A stretch of DNA of 64,000 nt from Thermoplasmata archaeon (GCA_034667725.1 JAXDQS010000003.1:576001-640000); one strand, 5' to 3'; shown: positions 33,655-43,546, counted from the first letter of the stretch. Notes: generated from the letters alone by a model not told the origin. Numbers and translations are program-made.

Positions 33655-35460
33655 CTACGCCTTCTCCAGCCAGCCCATCGCCACCGCGTTCCGCAAGGTC
33701 ACGGACTCCTGCACCTGGAGCGGGGTGAAGCGGGCCTCGTCGCCGGCGGCGTACTTGACGTTCGAGGTCCAGTCGGTGAACCGCTTCTTGACGACGTAGC
33801 GGTCGGTGGCGACGGCGGCCTTGCGGGCCTTGTGGAGGTGGCGGGTCGCGGTGAAGGTGCCGGGATACTGCTGGATGGCGCCGTTGTCCAGCACGGCGGT
33901 CTTCTCGGTGACGGCGTCCAGCAGGAAGCGGTCGTGGCTCACGACCAGCAGCGTGCCCTTGTAGGAGTTCAACGCGTTCACGACGACGTCGCGGGCCCAC
34001 AGGTCCAAGTGGTTCGTCGGCTCGTCCAGGATCAAGAGGTTGGAGGGCTTGAGGATGCACTTGAGGAGCATCATGCGCTGGCGTTCGCCGCCGGACAGGG
34101 TGCCCACGGTGCGGCCCAGGTCGGCCTCCGGGTTGAAGCGGAACCGTCCGAGCAGGGCCTTGACGTCGCGCTCCTCCAGGTTGGGCCGGGCGTCCAGCAC
34201 CTCCTCCTTCAAGGTCCGCTTGACGTCCAGGTCGTCATGCTCCTGGCTGAAGAACATCCCCTTGACGCCGGGCGCCACCCGGATGTCGCCGCTGTCGGTC
34301 TTGAGGCGGCCGGTGAGGATTTTCAGCAGCGTGGACTTGCCGGCGCCGTTGCCGCCAACAAGGCCGACGCGGTCGCCGCGCAGCAGCTCCAGGTCGGTCC
34401 CCTTCAGCACCGGGTTGTCGTCGTAGGCCTTCTTGAGCCCGGTGAGCCGCAGGACCTCCAATCCGGTCTTCTCGACGCCGTCGAACTTGAGGCCGAAGCC
34501 GAGCTTCTCCAAGACGGGGTCGGGCGTGTACGCGAGGGCGGCCTGGTACTTCTCGAGCTGCTTCATGCGGCTGGCGTACTGGCCGTCGAACCGCTTTTGC
34601 TGGCGGAACTGGAGGATGACCTCCTTGGCCTGCTGCATCCGGTCCTGGGCCTTCTCGTGGTCGCGCCGGGCCCGGTCCAGGTTCTCGTCCCGCAGCCGCA
34701 CGTAGTCCTCGTAGTTGCCCTGGTAGCAGGTGATGCGGCCGCCGGACACCTCGAACACCCGCTCGGCCACGTTGTCCACGAAGGCGCGGTCGTGCGCCAC
34801 CACCAGCACGGTGCCGATGTAGCGTTGGATCCACTCCTCCAGCCACTCGATGGAGTCGACGTCCAGGTGGTTGGTCGGCTCGTCCAGCACCACCATGTCG
34901 CCCGGGCGGGCCGCCCCCAGCACGCGCGCCAGGAACACGCGGGTCTTCTGGCCGCCGGAGAGCGACGCGGCCTGCTGCGCCATGTCGTCGGCGCTGAAGC
35001 CCATCTCGGCCACGATCGGCGTCTTCCAGGCGTCCGGGGCGGGCCGGGTCGCGACCTGGATCTCGCGCTGCACGGCGGCGTAACGCTCCAGCACGGCCTC
35101 GTAGCCGTGGTTCTCGTAGAGCGCCGGGTCCGAGATGCGCGCCTCCAGCTCGTCGTGCTCCGCCTGGAGGCCGGCCGGCACCGAGGCCGGCGCCGACAGC
35201 AGGTCGCGCACGGTGGCGCCGTCCGGGATGCTGGGGTGCTGGTCGAACCAGTGGGTCGCCACAGTCCCCATCCGAAGCGTGCCGTGGTCGGTGCGCTCGC
35301 GGCCCGCGAGGACCCGCAGCAGCGTGGACTTGCCAGCGCCGTTCGGGCCGACGATGGCGATCTTCTGGCCGTGCTCGACCTGGAAGCTCGCGTCGTCGAA
35401 CAGCTTCTTGCCGCCGTAGGACTTGCCGAGCCCCTCCGCAAGGATCAACGGCGCCGCCAC
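33655..35460 (-). CDS. ABC-F family ribosome-associated ATPase
   Basis: Two ABC domains (GPNGAGKST, LSGG, LDEPTNHLD), GNY linker, no TM segments. Confidence 0.92.
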   Translation of the reverse strand: MAAPLILAEGLGKSYGGKKLFDDASFQVEHGQKIAIVGPNGAGKSTLLRVLAGRERTDHGTLRMGTVATHWFDQHPSIPDGATVRDLLSAPASVPAGLQAEHDELEARISDPALYENHGYEAVLERYAAVQREIQVATRPAPDAWKTPIVAEMGFSADDMAQQAASLSGGQKTRVFLARVLGAARPGDMVVLDEPTNHLDVDSIEWLEEWIQRYIGTVLVVAHDRAFVDNVAERVFEVSGGRITCYQGNYEDYVRLRDENLDRARRDHEKAQDRMQQAKEVILQFRQQKRFDGQYASRMKQLEKYQAALAYTPDPVLEKLGFGLKFDGVEKTGLEVLRLTGLKKAYDDNPVLKGTDLELLRGDRVGLVGGNGAGKSTLLKILTGRLKTDSGDIRVAPGVKGMFFSQEHDDLDVKRTLKEEVLDARPNLEERDVKALLGRFRFNPEADLGRTVGTLSGGERQRMMLLKCILKPSNLLILDEPTNHLDLWARDVVVNALNSYKGTLLVVSHDRFLLDAVTEKTAVLDNGAIQQYPGTFTATRHLHKARKAAVATDRYVVKKRFTDWTSNVKYAAGDEARFTPLQVQESVTLRNAVAMGWLEKA

Positions 35461-35484
35461 GGCTTCGCGACCAAGTGCCGTGGT

Positions 35485-35685
35485 TCAGGCTTTTGGCCGG
35501 GGGCGGGAACCCGAGCGCCGGCTCTTGCCGATGCCCTCGAGGGCGTTCTTGGCGTGCCGGACGCCGCCCTGGAGGCGCCCCTTGCCCTGCTGGATGGTGC
35601 CCTTGCGCTCCAGGCTGCGGTCGCCGGTGGCGCGGCCGATGCTGCGCTTCGCCTTGCCGACGGCCTTGTTGAGGTATTCGCCCAT
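35485..35685 (-). CDS. CsbD-family stress protein
   Basis: GKAKRSIGRATGDRSLERKG..Q.KG pattern. Confidence 0.8.
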   Translation of the reverse strand: MGEYLNKAVGKAKRSIGRATGDRSLERKGTIQQGKGRLQGGVRHAKNALEGIGKSRRSGSRPRPKA

Positions 35686-35699
35686 GGAGGGAAGCTCGT

Positions 35700-36389
35700 T
35701 CAGGGCTCCACTTTGGCCTTGCGCTCGCGGCTCGGGCGCCGGCTCAGGGTGCGGGCCTCCGAGGGCATGGGCGTCGTGGCCTGGAACGGCCCCACCAGCG
35801 ACACGATGTAGGCGCGCAGCCGCTCGGTGCGGGCCTCGAGCATCAGCACCAGGTCGTCCATGCGGGCCACGGCGGCGCGGGCCTGCGCGTCCAGCTCGGT
35901 GCGCTCGATGATCTTGGTGTAGTTCCGCAGCGCGGCCAGCAGGTTGCGCGACTCGCGGAACGCGGTGCGGATCTCGCGCTCGACCTCGAGGCTGGCCTTG
36001 ACCTCGGCGTGGCCGGGGGCGGGCCCCAGCGCGCGGCCCAGCAGGTGGGCGAGCTCCTCGTAGCCGAACGGCTTGGCGAGGTGGCCCCAGGCCTGGTGGC
36101 GCGCGGCCAGGGAGGCGAGCTCGATGCTGGCGCTGAAGAACGCCACCGGGATGCGCGCGGTCTGCGGGTGCAGCCGCAGGGCGGCCATGAGGCCGGCGAG
36201 GTTGAGGCCGGGCATCCGGACCTCCAACAGCACCAGGGCGGGGCGCTCGCGCTCGACGACCTCCAGCACCTCCGACGCCTCGGCCAGGCGGAGCACGGGG
36301 TAGCCCAAGGCTTCGATGAGCTGGCCCGTGCTTTCCAGCAGGTCGGGCTCGGGGTCGACGATCAGCACGGTCTTCGGTTCGCTCGGCAA
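35700..36389 (-). CDS. Atypical response regulator (pseudo-receiver with helical tail)
   Basis: Receiver fold motifs LIVD, MPG, IPV, SA, KPF; phosphoacceptor position reads Glu. Confidence 0.8.
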   Translation of the reverse strand: MPSEPKTVLIVDPEPDLLESTGQLIEALGYPVLRLAEASEVLEVVERERPALVLLEVRMPGLNLAGLMAALRLHPQTARIPVAFFSASIELASLAARHQAWGHLAKPFGYEELAHLLGRALGPAPGHAEVKASLEVEREIRTAFRESRNLLAALRNYTKIIERTELDAQARAAVARMDDLVLMLEARTERLRAYIVSLVGPFQATTPMPSEARTLSRRPSRERKAKVEP

Positions 36390-36441
36390 TCACTGGAGAC
36401 TCCAGCCTCAAGGGTCAAATAGGTTTCTTCGTGCGCCGCAG

Positions 36442-36474
36442 TCGTACCTTAAGCTTCGGCGTTCCGGCTAAATC
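36442..36474 (+). promoter_or_regulatory. Conserved upstream motif, copy 1
   Basis: TCGTAnCTTAAGnTTnnnCGTnCCGGCTAAATC, shared with 38644-38676. Confidence 0.65.
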
Positions 36475-36556
36475 GTCGTTCGACTGGTTCGCGATGTTGT
36501 CAGTCCGTGGTTCCCGCAGGCCCCGGCTGAAGACTCCCCCGAAAACCGAGGTCATC

Positions 36557-38566
36557 ATGCGAACCACCCTTGCAATCGTCTTGACCGGCGCCCTTCTCGC
36601 CGTGCTTCTGCCCTTCCCCGCCGGCTCGACCGTCGAGCCCGCCGTCGGCTTCGGCATGGACGCCGGCTCGATCGGCGCGCAGACCCAGGCCGGCGCCAAG
36701 CCCGACTACGGCACCTTCTGGGTCGGCCCCTGGACCCTCAAGTCCGGTTGGGGCGGCCCCGACGGGCAGCTTCAGGCCATGGCCGACGCCGGCGTGACCC
36801 CCGCGGTCCATCTCTACTACTGGGGCGACGACATCAGCCAGTCCTGCCTCACCAACGGCTGCTGGAGCACGCTGCACAACGCCCAGAAGGACCAGGCCGG
36901 CTGGCAGGCGCTCACCGACCAGCTCGTCCAGCACCTCAACGGCAAGCTCCAGGGCCGCCCCGCGGTCATCTTCCTGGAGTCCGAGTTCAACAAGGCCGAC
37001 GTCCAGGCCTGGGAGCCCCTGGACGCCATGCTCGCCGACAAGGCCAGCCAAATCCACGCCGGCTACCCCAACGCCAAGGTCGTGCTGTCCTTGGGCAACT
37101 GGAACAGCGCCGCCTGGAAGACCTGGGACCGCGCCGCCGCCGCGATGGACCTCGCCGGCGTCCAGACCATGCGGGGCAGCACCCGCGACTCCGTGGCCGC
37201 CTACGAGTCCGCGTTCACCGCGACCCTCAACGGCGCCAAGCAGCTCAAGGCGCTGTTCGGCAAGCCCATCATCGTCCAGGACCTGGCGCTCTCCAGCCAC
37301 CCTGAGCCCGACTACCTTGCCCGCCAGGCCGACACCTTGCAGGACTACTTCGACGGCCTGCCCAGCCTGCGCGCCGAGGGCGTCATGGCCATCATCTACC
37401 GCAGCTGGCGGGACGCGCCCAACATGGACCTCGCCAACTACTACGGCGAGGCCGAGCGCCACTGGGGCCTCGCCTACCCGAGCAACGGCGGCCTGAAGGC
37501 GGCCGGCCAGGTCTGGATCGACGGCGTCCAGGCGGAGCGCGCCCGCGCCGCCACGCCGCCCAACCAGCCCCCGACCGCCAGCTTCACGGCCACCTCCGAC
37601 GACTTGGCGGCCTCGTTCGACGGCACCGCCTCCAGCGACCCCGACGGCGACGCCCTGGAGCATGCTTGGACGTTCGGCGACGGCGGCACCGCCACCGGCG
37701 CGACGGCGACCCATGCCTACGCCGCCAGCGGCACCTACACGGTGACCCTGACGGTGTCGGACGGGGCTGCGGGCGCGGTGGCCACCCAAAGCGTGACGGT
37801 GGTGGCCAACCAGGCCCCGACCGCCAGCTTCACGGCGGCGGCCTCCGGCCTCCAGGCAAGCTTCGACGGCGGCGCCTCCCGCGACCCGGAAGGGGCCGCG
37901 CTGGCCTACGCCTGGAGCTTCGGCGACGGCGGCACCGCCACCGGCGCGACGGCGACACGGACCTACGCGGCCGGCGGCACCTACCAGGTGAAGCTCACCG
38001 TGTCGGACGGCAAGGCCTCCACGAGCACCACCCAGGCGGTCACGGTGACGGCGCCGCCGCCCCCGACCAAGTTCGTGGTGTCCACCAGCTCCAACGAATG
38101 GTGGATTCAGGTCAAGGTCGACCCCAACCCCACGAAGGTCGAGGTCAAGGTCGGCACCGGCGCCTGGCTCAACATGAACAAGCAGTCGTACGGCTGGACC
38201 CTCAGCACGCACGCCCCCAAGGGCACCCCCGTGCAGTTCCGGGCCACCGACGCCGCCGGCAAGCAGGTCCTGAGCGACCCGGTGCCGTGGCTCGGCGCCG
38301 CGCCCCCGCCGCCCGCCATGACGGCCACCTTCACCCCGAAGGCGGTCGGCAACAACTGGTGGGTCGAGGCCAGCGTGTCGTCCCCGCAAGGGGTCGCCAA
38401 GGTCGAGGCCCGCGCCAACGGCGGCGGCTGGGTCGCCTTGGGCAAGACCAACTGGGGCAGCTACGCCAAGTCGGTCTACGTCGCGCCGGGCGCCAAGGTC
38501 GAGTTCCGTGCCAGCAGCCCCACGGGCGCCACCGCGACGAGCCCCGCGTACACTTGGGCCAAGTAG
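36557..38566 (+). CDS. Secreted glycoside-hydrolase-like protein with 2 PKD and 2 expansin/CBM63-like domains
   Basis: Signal peptide; TIM-barrel-like region; PKD motifs NQPPTASF, WTFGDG, GTYTVTLTVSDG; two NxWW domains. Confidence 0.78.
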   Translation: MRTTLAIVLTGALLAVLLPFPAGSTVEPAVGFGMDAGSIGAQTQAGAKPDYGTFWVGPWTLKSGWGGPDGQLQAMADAGVTPAVHLYYWGDDISQSCLTNGCWSTLHNAQKDQAGWQALTDQLVQHLNGKLQGRPAVIFLESEFNKADVQAWEPLDAMLADKASQIHAGYPNAKVVLSLGNWNSAAWKTWDRAAAAMDLAGVQTMRGSTRDSVAAYESAFTATLNGAKQLKALFGKPIIVQDLALSSHPEPDYLARQADTLQDYFDGLPSLRAEGVMAIIYRSWRDAPNMDLANYYGEAERHWGLAYPSNGGLKAAGQVWIDGVQAERARAATPPNQPPTASFTATSDDLAASFDGTASSDPDGDALEHAWTFGDGGTATGATATHAYAASGTYTVTLTVSDGAAGAVATQSVTVVANQAPTASFTAAASGLQASFDGGASRDPEGAALAYAWSFGDGGTATGATATRTYAAGGTYQVKLTVSDGKASTSTTQAVTVTAPPPPTKFVVSTSSNEWWIQVKVDPNPTKVEVKVGTGAWLNMNKQSYGWTLSTHAPKGTPVQFRATDAAGKQVLSDPVPWLGAAPPPPAMTATFTPKAVGNNWWVEASVSSPQGVAKVEARANGGGWVALGKTNWGSYAKSVYVAPGAKVEFRASSPTGATATSPAYTWAK

Positions 38567-38643
38567 CGCCCAGGTTCGTTTTCCCCCCTTTTTCTCCTTG
38601 GCCCGAGCCTTCACGCTCTAGTAGGCGGCGGGGCGGCGCACCA

Positions 38644-38676
38644 TCGTAGCTTAAGGTTGCCCGTGCCGGCTAAATC
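38644..38676 (+). promoter_or_regulatory. Conserved upstream motif, copy 2
   Basis: Matches 36442-36474. Confidence 0.65.
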
Positions 38677-38740
38677 CGCGGAACCCAGACTAGTGCTCTT
38701 GCTTGGGCCGCGAATCCCGTGGCCTTGGCAGAGCTGACCC

Positions 38741-40282
38741 ATGAAAGCCATCCCTGCCCTCCTGACCGCCGCCGCGCTCGTGTTCGTGCTCATGCCCATG
38801 GGCGTTGGCGCGAGCACGACCCCCGCCATCCGTTTCGGGATGGACGCCGCCGGCGTGACGGACCAGACCAACGCCGGCGTCAAGCCGGACTACGGCACCT
38901 TCTGGGTCGGTCCCTGGACGCTGTCGTCTGGTTGGGCCGGCCCCGATGCCGAACTCGCCGCCATGAAGGCCGCCGGCGTCACCCCCGCCGTCCACTTCTA
39001 CTACTGGGGCGACGACATCAGCCAGTCCTGCGTGACCAACGGCTGCTGGTCGACCCTGCACGGCGCCCAGAAGACCCAGGCGGGCTGGAACACCCTGAAG
39101 GACCAGTTCGTCCAGCACCTCAACGCCAAGATGGGGGGCAGCCCCGTCCTGGTGTTCCTGGAGACCGAGTTCAACAAGGGCGACGTCCAAGCCTGGGAGC
39201 CGCTCGACGGCATGCTCGCGGACAAGGCCCACCAGATCAAGACGGGCTACCCCGCGGCCAAGGTCGTGCTGGCGCTCGGCAACTGGAACAGCGCCGCCTG
39301 GGGCACCTGGGACCGCGCCGCGGCCGCCAGCGACATGACCGGCATCCAGGCGATGCGCGGCAGCACCCGCGACTCGTCCGCCCACTACGACGACGCCTAC
39401 GCCGTCACCCTGGCGGGCGCCAAGACGCTGCAGGCGCTGTTCCACAAGCCCATCGTGCTGCAGGACCTGGCGTTCTCCAGCTACCCGGAGCCGACCTACC
39501 TCGGCCGCCAGGCCACGGTGCTGAAGTCGTTCTTCACGGGCATCGAGGGCCTGCGCGCCGCCGGCGTGACCGCCATCCTGTACCGCAGCTACCGCGACAC
39601 CAACATGGACACGGCCAACTACTACGGCGAGGCCGAGCGCCACTGGGGCCTGGCCTACAGCAACGGCGCCAAGAAGGCCGCCGCCACCGTGTGGATCGAC
39701 GGCGTCAAGGCCGAGCGCGCCCGCGCGGGCACGACCGTCCCCACGACGACCACCACCCCGACCACGACGACCGGGACCACGTTCGCCATCGCCAGCAGCT
39801 CCAACGAATGGTGGCTGCAGCTCCAGGTGAGCCCGGCGCAGGCCAAGGTCGACGCCAAGGTCGGCGCCGCCGACTGGAAGCCCATGCAGAAGCAGAGCTA
39901 CGGCTGGACCCTCAGCACCCACGTGGTGAAGGGCACCCTGGTGCAGTTCCGGGCCACGGACGGCGCCGGCAAGGTCGTCCTCAGCGAGGCCAAGGCCTGG
40001 TTGTCGACCACCACGACCACGCCCACGGCGGGCATGACGGCGACGTTCACGCCCAAGTCCGTCGGCAACGCCTGGTGGGTCGAGGCCGCCGCCACCTCGC
40101 CGCAAGGGGTCTCGAAGGTCGAGTCCCGCACCAACGGCGGCGCCTGGACCGTGCTGCCCAAGACGAGCTGGGGCACCTACGCGAAGTCGCTCTACGTCGC
40201 GCCGGGCGCGAAGGTCGAGTTCCGGGCCACCAGCCCGACGGGTGCCATGGCGATGAGCCCGGCCTACACCTGGTCGAAGTAA
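38741..40282 (+). CDS. Paralogous secreted glycoside-hydrolase-like protein without PKD domains (Thr-rich linkers)
   Basis: Long near-identical blocks shared with the upstream gene (KPDYGTFWVGPWTL, YYWGDDISQSC, ANYYGEAERHWGLAY). Confidence 0.78.
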   Translation: MKAIPALLTAAALVFVLMPMGVGASTTPAIRFGMDAAGVTDQTNAGVKPDYGTFWVGPWTLSSGWAGPDAELAAMKAAGVTPAVHFYYWGDDISQSCVTNGCWSTLHGAQKTQAGWNTLKDQFVQHLNAKMGGSPVLVFLETEFNKGDVQAWEPLDGMLADKAHQIKTGYPAAKVVLALGNWNSAAWGTWDRAAAASDMTGIQAMRGSTRDSSAHYDDAYAVTLAGAKTLQALFHKPIVLQDLAFSSYPEPTYLGRQATVLKSFFTGIEGLRAAGVTAILYRSYRDTNMDTANYYGEAERHWGLAYSNGAKKAAATVWIDGVKAERARAGTTVPTTTTTPTTTTGTTFAIASSSNEWWLQLQVSPAQAKVDAKVGAADWKPMQKQSYGWTLSTHVVKGTLVQFRATDGAGKVVLSEAKAWLSTTTTTPTAGMTATFTPKSVGNAWWVEAAATSPQGVSKVESRTNGGAWTVLPKTSWGTYAKSLYVAPGAKVEFRATSPTGAMAMSPAYTWSK

Positions 40283-40326
40283 GGCGCCTCTTCCTTCTCT
40301 TTCCCTCGTTCCTTTTCTTGGGCCAA

Positions 40327-41289
40327 TTAGTGGCTCGCGGTGAGCCTGCTCACGATCTCCTTGAACGCCGTCCGCGCCGGCGTCTCCCCCGCCTGCAACG
40401 CGAACGGAGTGCCCGCGTCGCCGGCCTGCATGACGTTCGGATCCATCGGCACGGCGCCAAGAAACGGCACCTGGAGCTGCTCGGCCATCGCCTTGCCGCC
40501 GCCGCGCTTGAACAGGTCGAGCACGACCGCGAACTGGCCGTTGCCGTCCGCTTGGGCGGCCACCGTGTCGGGGCCGGCGCGCAGCGTGACCTTCGCGTTC
40601 GGCGCCGTCGTGCCTTGCAGCGTGAGGCCGCTCATGTTCTCGACCACGCCCAGGATAGGGAGCTGGAGCTTCTGCACGAACTGGGCGGACTTGCGGACGT
40701 CGCCGACGGCCACGTCCTGCGGGGTGGTGACAAGGATGACGCCGTCGGCGTCCGGGATGTTCTGCGCGACCGAAAGCGGCTCGTCCGAGGTGCCGGGCGG
40801 CAGGTCCACCACGAGGTAGTCCAATTCGCCCCAGGCGACGTCGCCGAGGAACTGGCCGATGATCTGCATCTTGATGGGGCCGCGCCACACCACGGCCTGG
40901 TCGGGGTCGCTGAGGAGGAACTGCATCGACACGCAGGAGAGGGTGGGCGTCAGCTGCTGCGGCTGGAGGCCGTCCGCGGTCTCGAGGAGCTCGCCCTTGT
41001 GGATCCCGAGCATCAGCGGCACGTTGGGGCCGGTGAGGTCCATGTCGAGGATGCCGACCTTCTTGCCCGCGGCGGCGAGGGCGGCGGCGAGGTTGACGGC
41101 GACGGTGGACTTTCCAACCCCGCCCTTGCCCGACGCGACGATGAACTTGTGCTTGATGCGCTTCATGTTGTTGATGATGCGCAGGCGCCGCTTCAGCCGC
41201 TCCGCGGCGCGCGGGTCCACGGGGCCGCCCATCGGCTGGGGGGCACCGGGGCCGGCCATCGGGATGGGGATCGGGGTGGTCTCGCTCAT
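40327..41289 (-). CDS. Mrp/NBP35 Fe-S cluster carrier ATPase
   Basis: SGKGGVGKST, WRGP, DLPPGTSD, VTTPQ, GVVENMS; C-terminal CxxC not seen. Confidence 0.92.
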   Translation of the reverse strand: MSETTPIPIPMAGPGAPQPMGGPVDPRAAERLKRRLRIINNMKRIKHKFIVASGKGGVGKSTVAVNLAAALAAAGKKVGILDMDLTGPNVPLMLGIHKGELLETADGLQPQQLTPTLSCVSMQFLLSDPDQAVVWRGPIKMQIIGQFLGDVAWGELDYLVVDLPPGTSDEPLSVAQNIPDADGVILVTTPQDVAVGDVRKSAQFVQKLQLPILGVVENMSGLTLQGTTAPNAKVTLRAGPDTVAAQADGNGQFAVVLDLFKRGGGKAMAEQLQVPFLGAVPMDPNVMQAGDAGTPFALQAGETPARTAFKEIVSRLTASH

Positions 41290-41344
41290 GCTGGGCGCGA
41301 CTGGGGGGCGCTAGATGAGGGTGGTGCCGCCGGGCCGCCGGGCG

Positions 41345-42307
41345 TCAGCGTTTGGCGCTCCCCGCTAGCACAAAGTGCGCCAGCAGCGACTCGATCTGGA
41401 TCCGCTCGTTGGCGCCTTCGACCATGCGGAACTCAATCTCGCCCACTTTGTCCACCAGCTGGACCTTCACCGGGTCGGGAATCGTCAAGTCGAACACGCT
41501 GCGGTGGATTTGGCGGATGACGTCCTCGCCCGACAGGCCGTACTCGATCAGGAGGTTGTCGAGCTTGTTGCGGGCCGCCATGAAGTCGCCGTCCAACGCG
41601 GTCTCCAGCAGCTTCTTGACCTCCTCGGGGCGGGCCGTGGCGGTCGTCTTGTAGATGGTCTCGGCATCGACCTTGCCGCCCAACGCGGTCGCGACCTGGA
41701 GGGTGTTGACGGTCTTGCGCAGGTCTCCCTTGGCGACGAACACCAAGGCGTCGACGCCGTCCGGGGTAACCTCGATGGCCTCGTTGGAGGCGATCTTGCG
41801 GATGAACTTCTTGACCTGGTCGACGGTGAGCGGGCGGAACCGGAACACGGCGCAGCGCGACTGGATCGGGTCGATGATCTTGGAGGAGTAGTTGCAGCTC
41901 AGCACGAAGCGGGTCGTCGCCGTGTACTTCTCCATCGTGCGGCGCAGGGCGGCCTGGGCGTCGTGGGTGAGCGCGTCGGCCTCGTCCAAAAAGACGATCT
42001 TGAAGCCTTGGGTGTCCGCCGTGCCGACGCGGGCGAAGTCCTTGATCTTGCCGCGCACGATGCCGATGCCGCGCTCGTCGGAGGCGTTGAGCTCCAGGAA
42101 GCGGCCGGCCCAGCCGTCGCTGCCAAACAGGTCGCGGGCCATCGCGATGGCGCACGTGGTCTTGCCCGTGCCGGGGGGACCCGCGAACATGAGGTGGGGA
42201 ACGTTGCCGGTCTTGACGTAGGCCTTGAGGCGCTCGACCGCCTCCTCCTGCCCGACGACCTCCGACAGGGTGCGCGGACGGTACTTCTCGACCCAGACCT
42301 CGTTCAC
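41345..42307 (-). CDS. rfcS: Replication factor C small subunit
   Basis: WVEKYRP, GPPGTGKT, ELNASDERG, LDEAD, QSRC; GTG start. Confidence 0.96.
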   Translation of the reverse strand: MNEVWVEKYRPRTLSEVVGQEEAVERLKAYVKTGNVPHLMFAGPPGTGKTTCAIAMARDLFGSDGWAGRFLELNASDERGIGIVRGKIKDFARVGTADTQGFKIVFLDEADALTHDAQAALRRTMEKYTATTRFVLSCNYSSKIIDPIQSRCAVFRFRPLTVDQVKKFIRKIASNEAIEVTPDGVDALVFVAKGDLRKTVNTLQVATALGGKVDAETIYKTTATARPEEVKKLLETALDGDFMAARNKLDNLLIEYGLSGEDVIRQIHRSVFDLTIPDPVKVQLVDKVGEIEFRMVEGANERIQIESLLAHFVLAGSAKR

Positions 42308-42342
42308 GCCGCGGCGACCGGCGCGGGCGATATCAAGGCTGG

Positions 42343-43014
42343 CTAGCCCCGCAAATGGTCGGCGACGGCCTCCAGGCGGGCGGCGGGCACGATGGCCAGG
42401 AGGCGCTCCGACTTGGAGGAGAGCTCGCGCAGCTTGGCGGCCATGAAGCCCTCCCGGAGCTCCTCGATCTCCCGCAGCGGGCGCAGGTGGGTCTGCTCGC
42501 GGTCCCACGCCTCGACCAATTCGTAGGGGTCGCGGGCGTCCTCGAAGCGGGCCACCAGGAGCTTCTTCTCGCGCCGGTTGGAGCGCAAGACGTGGTGCAT
42601 CTTGACGCGCTTGGTGTACACCTCGGCGTGGGCGTCGTCCGGGATGTCGATGGCGGTCAGCTCGGCGCCGTGGGCGGCGGCCAGGTCGTGGGCGGCCTCC
42701 AGATCAGGGCTCGGGACCTTGGTGGGGCCGAAGCGCTCCAGCAGGCGCAGCAGGTGCTCGGAGGCGAGGTCGGGCTCGACCAGCTCGGCCTTGGCGGCAG
42801 GGTCGGTGGCAAGGCGGCGCACGGCCTCCAGGTCCTCCGGCGGGACGCCGAGCGCGACCCGGTCGGGCCGGTGGCTGGCGAAGGCGGCCTGGACGCGGGC
42901 GGCGTCGGGGGCGAAGCCGGCGATGGTGCCCACGAGCAGGATGTCGCAGGAGCCCAGCCGGACGTGGGCCTCGGGGGGCGGCACGGGGCGGCCCAGCAAG
43001 CCCTCCGGCTTCAA
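42343..43014 (-). CDS. Hypothetical protein (weakly TraB-like)
   Basis: PDRVALG, EELREGFMA, LLAIV pattern; co-oriented with rfcS; start uncertain. Confidence 0.6.
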   Translation of the reverse strand: MKPEGLLGRPVPPPEAHVRLGSCDILLVGTIAGFAPDAARVQAAFASHRPDRVALGVPPEDLEAVRRLATDPAAKAELVEPDLASEHLLRLLERFGPTKVPSPDLEAAHDLAAAHGAELTAIDIPDDAHAEVYTKRVKMHHVLRSNRREKKLLVARFEDARDPYELVEAWDREQTHLRPLREIEELREGFMAAKLRELSSKSERLLAIVPAARLEAVADHLRG

Positions 43015-43086
43015 GCTTGCCGGCACCACGACCGAAGGGATATCAAGCAACACGCCCCCTCACCACGACGCACACGGAGGCACAGC

Positions 43087-43491
43087 ATGAAGATCGACAT
43101 CGGCTCCGAAGGGAAGATCCTGGGCACCAAGCGCGTGAGCCCGAACGGGCAGGTCTCGGGCCTGTCCGAGTACGCCGGCGAGGAGGTGCTCGTCATCTAC
43201 CCCGGGCCGCGCGAGCCGCGCATCCGCAAGGACCCCGAGGACTACCTGCACGAGCTGGAGGCCGCCGTCGGCCAGCAGATGAAGGGCGCGTTCCGGCAAT
43301 ACAAGATCCTCAAGGCGAAGTACAAGGACGAGGCGGCGGCGACCGCCGACTTCATCCGCGCCAAGAGCCCCAAGCAGTGGGAAGGCCTCATCGACAACGT
43401 GGACGACTGGGTCAAGGGCCAGGTCGCCAAGGCGGAGAAGTCGGTGGCGCGGAAGCTGGGCGAGAACGAGGCTGGCGAGCAGGCCCTCTGA
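43087..43491 (+). CDS. Protein with AbrB/DUF2080-like N-terminus and helical C-terminus
   Basis: KRVSPNGQV..EYAGEEVLVI; GGAGG RBS. Confidence 0.65.
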   Translation: MKIDIGSEGKILGTKRVSPNGQVSGLSEYAGEEVLVIYPGPREPRIRKDPEDYLHELEAAVGQQMKGAFRQYKILKAKYKDEAAATADFIRAKSPKQWEGLIDNVDDWVKGQVAKAEKSVARKLGENEAGEQAL

Positions 43492-43546
43492 CCTAGAACT
43501 AGCTGCATTGAGGACGTCGGCCAAGCGAAGGATAATGAACCAAGGT

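Noticed and set aside
37561-38010. Direct DNA repeats near 37561 and 37808
   Set aside because: Explained by the two tandem PKD domains
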